A stretch of 64,000 nucleotides of DNA from Magnetococcales bacterium (lineage in GTDB: Bacteria; Pseudomonadota; Magnetococcia; Magnetococcales; JADFYX01). The position numbers and the translations under genes are program-made. Under the pieces are notes generated by a model, which was not told the origin of the DNA, made no database searches, and saw only the letters and a program-made list of their open reading frames with translations. Shown here piece after piece: positions 1 to 7,936 of this stretch (positions are counted from its first letter, which is position 1; every line of letters begins with the position of its first letter). The DNA lies in contig PEAM01000007.1 in assembly GCA_002753565.1 (NCBI GenBank), positions 7,389-71,388 of the forward strand, written 5' to 3'.

Positions 1-327
1 GGTTTCAAACTCCTTGCGAAGGTGACGACAGAGTCGACGAACATCCCGATAGGGGAAGAGACTCCGGTGGGATTGAAACCGGTGGCAGGTACAGGTCTGC
101 TGATAGACATTCACTCGATAGATGGTGGCATCATCCTTCTGGCTGGGCACCTCGACAACCAGGTCCAGGGTTTCTGATAGCTTGGGTAGAAACAGGGAGG
201 GGCAATAGGGTGTTGCCCGAAGGACCTTTTTCTTTTTCCAGCGTGGAACAAGAAAAAATCGTAAAACAGCAATGGACACCCCTACAACAACGATAAGAGA
301 GAGTAAAAGGGTGGTCAACTGTTGCAT
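1..327 (-). CDS. Partial CDS (first 109 codons; runs off the left edge): N-terminally membrane-anchored protein with a SWIM-type zinc-finger signature
   Basis: Absent from the supplied ORF track because it is open at the window edge. Manual reverse-complement translation from ATG (325-327) gives MQQLTTLLLSLIVVVGVSIAVLRFFLVPRWKKKK (hydrophobic helix plus basic patch) ... IYRVNVYQQTCTCHRFQSHRSLFPYRDVRRLCRHLRKEFET. CxC-x18-CxH matches the SWIM pattern. There is no stop in 109 codons. Confidence 0.5.
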   Translation of the reverse strand, partial: MQQLTTLLLSLIVVVGVSIAVLRFFLVPRWKKKKVLRATPYCPSLFLPKLSETLDLVVEVPSQKDDATIYRVNVYQQTCTCHRFQSHRSLFPYRDVRRLCRHLRKEFET

Positions 328-545
328 GTTTTTATAGCCCAAGATAAGTTTTCAGGGAGTTAATCTCTTGCAAAAACAAGGATTAACTCAGACAATACAA
401 GCACAAAACTCTTTTATGCTAACCGGTTTTTTTCCTCTTTACCAGGATTTGACCGCACACACAGACAACCTGACCTCGGAGACCGATCTGTTTGGCGGAT
501 CTCGGGGTAAGATAGAAAGCTTTTTTGCTACGAATTGAGGGTAAG

Positions 546-1301
546 ATGAACAGACGATTTTCACTCATTATGACAGGCCTGCTGGCAACCATGCTCTTAC
601 TTTTCAGTACGGTCAGCCAAGCGGAAAATCAAGCAGAAGCCCTTCTCGAACAGATTGACAAAAAAAGAACCCCTGCTTCCTATGAAAGTTATTTCAATAT
701 CATCAACCAGCAGCCAGATGGCCGGGAAAAAAAGATCACCGCTTTTGCTGCCAAACGTTCCGATGGTCAGGCGGCGGTGCTGATTGTCTCCCCCCCCGCT
801 TTGCGTGGACGTGCGGCACTGCGCATGGGCAATGAAATTTGGACCCACTTTCCGGGGGAGACCCAATTGAGAAAAAGCACCCTGCGCCATGCCCTTGTCG
901 GAGGGGTCTTCAATAACGGAGATTTTTTAGCCACCTCCTTTCAAGCCGACCATGATGCCGTAAAAGTAAGAGAGGTGAAGGGGCGGTATATCCTGACCCT
1001 TCTTCCCAAACAACCTCTACTACCCTATCAAAGCATCGAGTTAACCGTTAACAAACGAACCCTTCGTCCTCTTTCCCTGGTTCAATTCGCCTCTCCTGGA
1101 GTGATCATCAAGACCATTCAATTCGACTATAGCCGGCGGAGTGACGATGGAAAAACAACCCTGACAACCCTGACGACCCGGGCAGAAGCCAACAAGCTCT
1201 ACCGCAGTGAAATCCGTATCGGCCGCATCAACAAGCGAGATTTTCCCGATACAACCTTCACAAAAGAGCTTCTTCCTCGACTGGGATCTATTCTCAAATA
1301 G
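546..1301 (+). CDS. LolA-like outer-membrane lipoprotein-sorting family protein (secreted)
   Basis: ORF track gives 525..1301. I prefer the ATG at 546, preceded by GAGGGTAAG; it gives MNRRFSLIMTGLLATMLLLFSTVSQA, a signal peptide. Size and pattern resemble the second LolA-like gene at 10225..11013. The family call is by recalled pattern only. Confidence 0.6.
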   Translation: MNRRFSLIMTGLLATMLLLFSTVSQAENQAEALLEQIDKKRTPASYESYFNIINQQPDGREKKITAFAAKRSDGQAAVLIVSPPALRGRAALRMGNEIWTHFPGETQLRKSTLRHALVGGVFNNGDFLATSFQADHDAVKVREVKGRYILTLLPKQPLLPYQSIELTVNKRTLRPLSLVQFASPGVIIKTIQFDYSRRSDDGKTTLTTLTTRAEANKLYRSEIRIGRINKRDFPDTTFTKELLPRLGSILK

Positions 1302-1448
1302 GCGGTTTCAGCAGTTTGCCATTGATTTTTATTGCAAAAGGGTTTAGTTCTATTGGGCTGATGTACCCAGGTATTAATCGCTAAAAAAATTGGCCTGCTC
1401 TCTTCCCAAAAAAAGAGCACCGGGCCTTATTCGTTAAGGAAGAGACCC

Positions 1449-1667
1449 TTGAGTAAAGAAGATGTCATCGAAATGGAAGGAACAGTCATGGAAAACCTTC
1501 CCAACGCCATGTTCCGGGTTGAACTGGAGAACAACCACAAGCTGCTCTGTCACATATCGGGCCGCATGCGCAAGCACTACATCCGCATCCTGCCAGGGGA
1601 CAAAGTAACCGTTCAGCTCACTCCCTACGATCTGACCAAGGGTCGCATCTCCTACCGGCACAAATAA
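1449..1667 (+). CDS. infA: Translation initiation factor IF-1
   Basis: 72 aa. [70 protein letters not shown] is the canonical IF-1 S1/OB sequence. TTG start with AAGGAAGAG upstream. Confidence 0.95.
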   Translation: MSKEDVIEMEGTVMENLPNAMFRVELENNHKLLCHISGRMRKHYIRILPGDKVTVQLTPYDLTKGRISYRHK

Positions 1668-1678
1668 CAATTTGTTCC

Positions 1679-1710
1679 AGCCTCTTTACTCAGAGAGAGG
1701 CTTCTCTTTT
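1679..1710 (+). terminator. Putative intrinsic terminator/attenuator after infA
   Basis: AGCCTCT (1679-1685) pairs with AGAGGCT (1696-1702) across a 10-nt loop, followed by TCTCTTTT (1703-1710). It lies 12 nt after the infA stop and 29 nt before parE. Confidence 0.5.
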
Positions 1711-1738
1711 CCAGCGTCAGATTTGTGATGAACTTCCC

Positions 1739-3655
1739 ATGACATACAATGCATCCGACATTGAGGTACTGGAAGGTCTGGAGGGTGTTCGTCGACGTCC
1801 TGGCATGTATATCGGCGGGACCGACAAACGGGCTTTGCATCATCTGGTCACCGAACTGCTCGACAATGCCACCGACGAGGTGGTTGCCGGTCATGCTGAC
1901 CGAATCACCCTGATTTTAGAACGTGGCGGCTCTGTCTCTGTTCAGGACAATGGCCGAGGCATCCCGGTGGACCCCCTCCCCCGCTACCCGGACAAATCTG
2001 CGCTGGAGGTGATCCTGACCAAGCTCCATGCCGGAGGAAAATTTCACAACAAAGCCTACGCTACCGCTGGCGGCCTGAATGGTGTCGGCATCTCCGTGGT
2101 CAACGCCCTCTCTCTCTGGACCGAGGTTCAGGTGGACCGAGACGGTTTCAGTTGGCAGCAGCGTTTTTCCAGGGGCAAACCCGAAGGGGGTCTGCGTCAG
2201 CTGGAGCCAACCCGCAAACGGGGCACCAAAGTCACTTTTATGCCCGATGCGGAGATCTTTCCTGAAATCCGTTTTCAGATCGAAAACCTGGTGGAGATGT
2301 GCCGCTCCAAGGCCTACCTGAACAAAGGGGTGAAAATCAGGCTCAAGGCTGAAGATACCGATGTCTCTCACGAGTTTCACTATCCAAACGGCCTGGAAGA
2401 TTTTGTTGCCAGTTGGGTAGAAAAGCAGGAGAAAATCATCCCGGAATTTTTTGTCGGTCAGGCAGAGGGTGTTGGTGCCGATGAAAATATCCGCCTTGAA
2501 TGGGCTATCTCCTGGACCTTCGATGATAAAGGCCGACAACTCTCCTATTGCAATACCATCCCCACCGGACAGGGCGGCACCCACGAAACCGGCATGAAGA
2601 GTGCCCTTTTAAAGGGGGTTCGGGAGTTTGCCGAGGCACGCAACCTGCTCCCCAAGGGGATTACCATCGTCTCCGACGATGTTCTGGATGGGATGTTTGG
2701 CGTCTTATCCATTTTCATCCCCTCCCCCAGTTTTTCTGGGCAGACCAAAGAAAAAATAACCAACACCGGCATCGCCCGCCCCATTGAAGGGGCCATCAAA
2801 GATCAACTCGACCACTGGCTTCACGGACAGCCCGAGCAGGCCAGCAAACTGGTGGAAACCATTGTCGAACGGGCCAAGGAGCGACAGAACAGGCGGAAAA
2901 CCGCCTCCTCCATCAAAAGAAAATCTGTCACCAACCGACTGACCCTGCCGGGCAAGCTGACCGACTGCATCACCTCAGACCCGGACCTTTCCGAACTTTT
3001 CATTGTTGAGGGGGACTCTGCCGGCGGCTCTGCCAAGCAGGCCCGTGACCGTCATACCCAGGCGGTTTTACCGTTGCGGGGTAAGATCCTCAATGTCGAA
3101 CAGGCCAATATGGATAAGTTTGAAAAAAATACCGAGGTTCAAAACCTGGTGACAGCCATTGGGGCGGGTTGTGGCAAGCAGTTTGATCTGAGTGGTCTGC
3201 GCTATGGCAGTGTTATCATCATGACCGACGCGGATGTGGACGGCGCCCATATCGCCAGCCTGTTATTGACTTTTTTTTACCGTTTCATGCCCGATCTGAT
3301 TCGCAACGGTCACCTCTATCTCGCCCAACCCCCTCTTTTTCGAGTCAACTCTGGCTCCAGCAGCTCCTATGCCTTGGATGAGGAGGAAAAACAGAAGATT
3401 ATCAAAAAAATCCGAAGCAAACGCCCCAATGCAAAGATTGATATTTCCCGATTCAAAGGGCTGGGAGAGATGGTCCCATCTCAACTTCGCGAGACCACCA
3501 TGAACACCCAGACCCGTCGTCTGCTCAAGGTTTTTGTCGATGATGAGGAGATAACACACGACACCTTTGACCGTTTGATGGGAAAACGTCCCATAGAGCG
3601 TTTCAAATTTATTCAAGAGAAAGCCTCATTTGCTCAGGACAACCTGGATATCTGA
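1739..3655 (+). CDS. parE: DNA topoisomerase IV subunit B (type IIA topoisomerase ATPase subunit)
   Basis: 638 aa. GHKL ATPase N-terminus (VLEGLEGVRRRPGMYIGGT, LHHLVTELLDNATDE) and Toprim motifs (ELFIVEGDSAGGSAKQARDR, IIMTDADVDGAHI). The length fits the ParE class (~630 aa) rather than ~800-aa GyrB. Confidence 0.85.
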   Translation: MTYNASDIEVLEGLEGVRRRPGMYIGGTDKRALHHLVTELLDNATDEVVAGHADRITLILERGGSVSVQDNGRGIPVDPLPRYPDKSALEVILTKLHAGGKFHNKAYATAGGLNGVGISVVNALSLWTEVQVDRDGFSWQQRFSRGKPEGGLRQLEPTRKRGTKVTFMPDAEIFPEIRFQIENLVEMCRSKAYLNKGVKIRLKAEDTDVSHEFHYPNGLEDFVASWVEKQEKIIPEFFVGQAEGVGADENIRLEWAISWTFDDKGRQLSYCNTIPTGQGGTHETGMKSALLKGVREFAEARNLLPKGITIVSDDVLDGMFGVLSIFIPSPSFSGQTKEKITNTGIARPIEGAIKDQLDHWLHGQPEQASKLVETIVERAKERQNRRKTASSIKRKSVTNRLTLPGKLTDCITSDPDLSELFIVEGDSAGGSAKQARDRHTQAVLPLRGKILNVEQANMDKFEKNTEVQNLVTAIGAGCGKQFDLSGLRYGSVIIMTDADVDGAHIASLLLTFFYRFMPDLIRNGHLYLAQPPLFRVNSGSSSSYALDEEEKQKIIKKIRSKRPNAKIDISRFKGLGEMVPSQLRETTMNTQTRRLLKVFVDDEEITHDTFDRLMGKRPIERFKFIQEKASFAQDNLDI

Positions 3656-3676
3656 CCGGCGTATGCTCTGTTTATT

Positions 3677-5023
3677 TTGCCTTATCAGGAACCTTCCCAT
3701 CCATTGAAAAAAATACCGACACCCCCTGTTCTACAGGATATCACACACTGTTTTGACTGGTTGGACAGACAAAACCTGATCCCCGACGAGCCTCTTATCG
3801 ACTCGCCTCCCGCACCAGAATTTGTGTTGAATGACAGGACAGTCATCTCCTTCTCTTCCAACAACTATTTGGGCTTAAGCAGACGTCCAGAGGTGATTGA
3901 GGCGGCAAGCCAGGCCCTGCACCGCTTTACCATGGGCACCTGTGAATCCAGACGGCTGGGGGGCAATATTGCCCTTCTCGAAGCCTTGGAAGAGCGCCTG
4001 GCCCGTTTTAAGGGGGTGGAGTCTGCCATGATTTTTGCGACCGGTCTGTTGGCCAATGTTGCGGTTATTCCCGGCTTGATGGATGCACAGTGGTACTGTA
4101 ACCGCTTTTATGGCCGCCCTTGGAGTGAGGAGGTGGGTACCCTTTTTTCCGATACCCTCAACCACCGCAGCATTCAAATGGGTATCCGTCTCTCTCACGC
4201 CTCCTGCCTTAAATATCGTCACGGCGATATGGCCCACCTGGAAATGCTCCTGGCTGGCTGTCAGACAGACAGAAAAATGATTGTCACCGATGGTATTTTC
4301 AGTATGGATGGAGACCTGGCCCCCCTGCCTGAAATTACCGCTCTGGCTAAAACCTATCAGGCGGCCGTTATGGTGGATGATGCCCATGGCACCGGCATTT
4401 TTGGCCAACACGGTCGAGGGGTAGCTGATCACTTTGGGGTTGAAGATCAAATCGATATCCACATGGGCACCCTAAGTAAAGCGGTCGGGGCCATGGGTGG
4501 TTTTATTGCCACCGACAGTAAAACAGTCGCCTTTTTAAAGTCCACCGCCTCCGGTTACCGTTTTACCTCCAGTTTACCGGCCGAGCAAGCGGCTGGCATC
4601 CTCTGTGCCATCGATATTATGGAGCAAGAACCACAACTTAGACAACAACTGTGGGACAATGTCGCCTATCTTCTCAAGGGCCTTCACGAACGCCAGATCC
4701 CCTATCCCAACCGTTGGTCCCCCATTATTCCCCTTTTTCTAGGCAGTGCAGAGAAAGCCTTTCGGGCTGAGCAACTTTTATTAAAACGTGGTCTCTCCTG
4801 TATCGCCATCATTCCGCCGCTGGTCCAGAACAACCGTTCCCGGCTAAGAATCACCCTTAATGCAACCCACACCTCCAACCATATCGACAGATTGCTGGAG
4901 GGGCTGGAAGAGATTGAGAAAACAATGGGCTTTCAACCAAACGGAGAGCCTCCACACACCTGGCAACAGGTTCAGTCCATGGCCCCTGCCTACATTTCGA
5001 TAATGCAGTCAAAGGTTACATAA
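3677..5023 (+). CDS. Alpha-oxoamine synthase family PLP enzyme (BioF/Kbl/SPT/CqsA-like)
   Basis: FSSNNYLGLSRRPEV, VMVDDAHGTGIFGQHGRG and the PLP-lysine motif GTLSKAVGAMGGF. TTG start is tentative (no clear RBS). There is an ~18-aa insertion relative to BioF as I recall it. Confidence 0.8.
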   Translation: MPYQEPSHPLKKIPTPPVLQDITHCFDWLDRQNLIPDEPLIDSPPAPEFVLNDRTVISFSSNNYLGLSRRPEVIEAASQALHRFTMGTCESRRLGGNIALLEALEERLARFKGVESAMIFATGLLANVAVIPGLMDAQWYCNRFYGRPWSEEVGTLFSDTLNHRSIQMGIRLSHASCLKYRHGDMAHLEMLLAGCQTDRKMIVTDGIFSMDGDLAPLPEITALAKTYQAAVMVDDAHGTGIFGQHGRGVADHFGVEDQIDIHMGTLSKAVGAMGGFIATDSKTVAFLKSTASGYRFTSSLPAEQAAGILCAIDIMEQEPQLRQQLWDNVAYLLKGLHERQIPYPNRWSPIIPLFLGSAEKAFRAEQLLLKRGLSCIAIIPPLVQNNRSRLRITLNATHTSNHIDRLLEGLEEIEKTMGFQPNGEPPHTWQQVQSMAPAYISIMQSKVT

Positions 5024-5284
5024 CACCACTCAACCCCTTTTATCATGGCAGATACCCTTGGAAAACAAAAAACAGTATACACAAATAAGTTATTGTTATT
5101 GCAGACTATCTAAGAATTCTAAAATCTATTCTTGCCTGACTCTTCCAATGCTGATACTGTTCGATTCAAACCGTGAGTAAACAGGTTTATTGGATAACGG
5201 AAACAGGACTCTTCCGTTAATATTTTCTTAAGAAACAGCCTTCATAGCTTTGAAGGGCTGTTACGACACACGTCAGTTGGTGGT

Positions 5285-5806
5285 ATGGCAAAACAATTAC
5301 TGATCATGCGACATGCAAAATCGGCCTGGGATACAGAAGCGGCAACCGATTTTGAACGTCCCCTGGCAAAACGCGGCAAAACCGATGCCCCACGTATGGG
5401 TAAATGGTTGGAAGAACAGGGTCTTATCCCCGACCATGTGGTCAGCTCCCCTGCCCAACGTGCCAAACAGACGACCATGAAAGTGTGTAAAGTCATGGAC
5501 GTCAAAAAATCCAAGGTCAACTGGGACCCTCGGGTCTATGGGGCCGGAACAGAAGATCTTCTGGAAACCCTGGCTGAAGTCCCTTCCAAAGCCTCTCGGG
5601 TGCTGCTGGTGGGCCATAACCCCGGCTTGGAGTTTCTCTTATCCTACCTGGCCAGCGAAGATGGTGAGGGGATCAGCCCGGAACACTATCTGATCAAAAC
5701 CGCCACGGTTGTTGTTCTTGACATGCCGGATGATTGGAAACACATCAAGCCTGGATCGGCCAAAGCCTTGAAGATTCAACACCCCAAGGAACTTGATTCC
5801 AACTAA
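5285..5806 (+). CDS. sixA: SixA-type phosphohistidine phosphatase (histidine phosphatase superfamily)
   Basis: 173 aa. LLIMRHAKSAW (RHG-type catalytic motif), SSPAQRAKQT, LLVGHNPGLEF; typical SixA length. Confidence 0.7.
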   Translation: MAKQLLIMRHAKSAWDTEAATDFERPLAKRGKTDAPRMGKWLEEQGLIPDHVVSSPAQRAKQTTMKVCKVMDVKKSKVNWDPRVYGAGTEDLLETLAEVPSKASRVLLVGHNPGLEFLLSYLASEDGEGISPEHYLIKTATVVVLDMPDDWKHIKPGSAKALKIQHPKELDSN

Positions 5807-5843
5807 AAAAGACTTGCTTTTAAACGGTTGAAGAAGATCTGTT

Positions 5844-7205
5844 ATGGATGATATTTTCCGCTTTCTCCAATCCGACCGTTCTCGTTGTCTGGACGATTTG
5901 ACCCGCTATTTAACCTTTGCCTCCATCTCCAGTGACCCCAACCGACAACCGGATATGGTGGCATGTGCCGACTTTACCGCTCTGCTGCTGGAGCAGGCCG
6001 GTCTGGATGCGGTCCAGGTTCACCCGACCAAGGGACACCCCATTGTTACCGCAAGTTGGAGAAAAGCCAAAGATCGGCCTACGGTTCTCATTTATGGACA
6101 CTATGATGTCCAGCCGGTAGACCCCCTCGCCCTTTGGGAACAGCCCCCCTTTTCACCCCATATTAAAAACGAACGGATTTTTGCCCGAGGTTCGGCAGAT
6201 GATAAAGGGCAGATCCTGATGCATATTCAGGCGGTCCGATCCATCTTGGCGACCCGTGGCGCTCTACCGGTTAATGTCTGTTTTATCATTGAGGGAGAGG
6301 AGGAGTTTGGTAGCGCCAATCTTCCCAACTTTCTTAAAAACCATCAAGACATGTTGCAGGCCGATGTCGCCCTGATTTCTGACTCCTCCATGTGGGATGA
6401 GGGGGTTCCTGCCATTACCACCTCCTTACGGGGTCTGCTCTTTCTGGAAATGACCCTGACCGGCCCCAATCGAGACCTCCATTCGGGCACCTTTGGCGGT
6501 GCCATCGCCAACCCACTGGAGGTGCTTGCCAAGATGCTGGCCTCGGTCAAAGATGACCAGGGAAGAGTAACCATACCCGGCTTCTATGATCGGGTTTTGC
6601 CCCCCTCTGAAGCGCTGAAAAAACAGCACAGAGACCTCCCTTTCAACCAAACCGCCTATCTGGACTCTCTGGGGCTCAAGGCCGGTTGGGGAGAGGCAGG
6701 CTATACCCTGCTGGAACAGCTTTGGCTGCGACCCACCTTTGAAATCAATGGGATGTGGGGAGGTTTTACGGAACCGGGAGCCAAAACCGTCCTCCCCTCT
6801 AAGGCCCATGCCAAGCTCTCTTTACGACTGGTTGGCGATCAAGAACCGGACGAAATGGAAGAGCTGGTCAGAGACTATTTTTATGCCCGTTTACCCGAGA
6901 CCGTCACCCTGACAATGGGTCGGGTAACAGGGGGAGGCCGCAGTGTCTCGGTTCCGGCGGACTTTCCAGCCCTTGCGGCAGCAAAAAAAGCGTTGACCGA
7001 AGCGTTCAACCAACCTCCTCTGCTGGTTGGCGAGGGGGCAACCATTCCGGTTGTGGCCGACTTGGAAAAACATCTCCACTTAACCACCCTGCTCATCGGC
7101 TTTGCACTGCCCGATGCCTGCCCCCACTCCCCCAACGAGAACCTGCACCTGCCCACTTTTCACACAGGAACCGAGAGTTTAGTCCGCTTACTCTTCCATC
7201 TGTAG
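5844..7205 (+). CDS. M20-family dipeptidase/acylase
   Basis: IYGHYDVQPVDP, ARGSADDKGQ, FIIEGEEEFGS (metal-binding H/D/E-E motifs of peptidase M20), 453 aa. Confidence 0.8.
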   Translation: MDDIFRFLQSDRSRCLDDLTRYLTFASISSDPNRQPDMVACADFTALLLEQAGLDAVQVHPTKGHPIVTASWRKAKDRPTVLIYGHYDVQPVDPLALWEQPPFSPHIKNERIFARGSADDKGQILMHIQAVRSILATRGALPVNVCFIIEGEEEFGSANLPNFLKNHQDMLQADVALISDSSMWDEGVPAITTSLRGLLFLEMTLTGPNRDLHSGTFGGAIANPLEVLAKMLASVKDDQGRVTIPGFYDRVLPPSEALKKQHRDLPFNQTAYLDSLGLKAGWGEAGYTLLEQLWLRPTFEINGMWGGFTEPGAKTVLPSKAHAKLSLRLVGDQEPDEMEELVRDYFYARLPETVTLTMGRVTGGGRSVSVPADFPALAAAKKALTEAFNQPPLLVGEGATIPVVADLEKHLHLTTLLIGFALPDACPHSPNENLHLPTFHTGTESLVRLLFHL

Positions 7206-7217
7206 TTTTTTCTCTTG

Positions 7218-7273
7218 CATCCATACCGGTCGGTATGTTCTATTAAGGGTACACATACCGACCGGTATGGATG
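7218..7273. promoter_or_regulatory. Perfect 20-bp inverted repeat (two candidate TetR operators) upstream of the TetR-MMPL operon
   Basis: CATCCATACCGGTCGGTATG (7218-7237) and its exact reverse complement CATACCGACCGGTATGGATG (7254-7273), with a 16-nt spacer. Each arm holds a 6-2-6 palindrome, ATACCG-NN-CGGTAT. TTGCAT (7215-7220) abuts the left arm. Confidence 0.6.
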
Positions 7274-7317
7274 TTCAACAACGCCTCATCTCTGTCACAC
7301 CCTGAGACCACAAGGTA

Positions 7318-7932
7318 ATGAAGATAAAACGCACCCCGGATGAGACCAGAGAGCTGCTGTTAGATGCCGCCTTTCATGAGATCTATTTCAATGGATTTCA
7401 AGGGGCCAGCCTGACCACTATTCTCGCCAAGACCAATCTGACCAAGGGGGCGTTATACCACCATTTTAAAAACAAAAAAGCTCTGGGTTATGCCGTTATC
7501 GATGAGTGCTTTCCCAAAAAGTTGGATCAAATATTCTTTCGACCCCTACGGGACGAAGACGATTTTTTTGCCGGGTATGAACGGGCTTTGTTGGAGTGCG
7601 ACCCAGAGTGGAAGAGAATGCTGGTACGGTACGGAAGTCCCGGTTTTAAACTGGCCCAGGAGATGTCTCACCTGGATGAAGGCTTTCAGAACCGTTTAGA
7701 CAGAATTTTCAAATGGTGGCGGGATGGCATTGCAGAGACCATCCGCTCGGCTCAGAAAAAAGGACAGATTAAAGCCGACATCATCCCCCAAGAACAAGCC
7801 TTTGTACTGCAATCTTTTTTGCTGGGGGGTTTAAGCCTTGCCAAAGTGGCCCAAGATCAAACCATGCTGACCCATACCACACAACTTTTTTTGAACTATC
7901 TAGAGACGTTACGAGCAACAGACGGAGTATGA
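7318..7932 (+). CDS. TetR/AcrR-family transcriptional regulator
   Basis: N-terminal HTH: RELLLDAAFHEIYFNGFQGASLTTILAKTNLTKGALYHHFKNKKAL. 204 aa. Its stop lies 2 nt before the exporter gene. Confidence 0.9.
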   Translation: MKIKRTPDETRELLLDAAFHEIYFNGFQGASLTTILAKTNLTKGALYHHFKNKKALGYAVIDECFPKKLDQIFFRPLRDEDDFFAGYERALLECDPEWKRMLVRYGSPGFKLAQEMSHLDEGFQNRLDRIFKWWRDGIAETIRSAQKKGQIKADIIPQEQAFVLQSFLLGGLSLAKVAQDQTMLTHTTQLFLNYLETLRATDGV

Positions 7933-7936
7933 CAGA

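Noticed and set aside
5024-5284. tRNA or small-RNA suspicion in the AT-rich gap before sixA, from a T-loop-like GTTCGATTC at 5159-5167 and hairpins at ~5200-5222 and ~5235-5263
   Set aside because: I could not build a flanking T-stem, acceptor stem or anticodon arm, so this is not a tRNA. The hairpins (AACGGAA/TTCCGTT; AACAGCCTTCA/TGAAGGGCTGTT) lack U-tracts. I leave it as an unassigned leader or promoter region.
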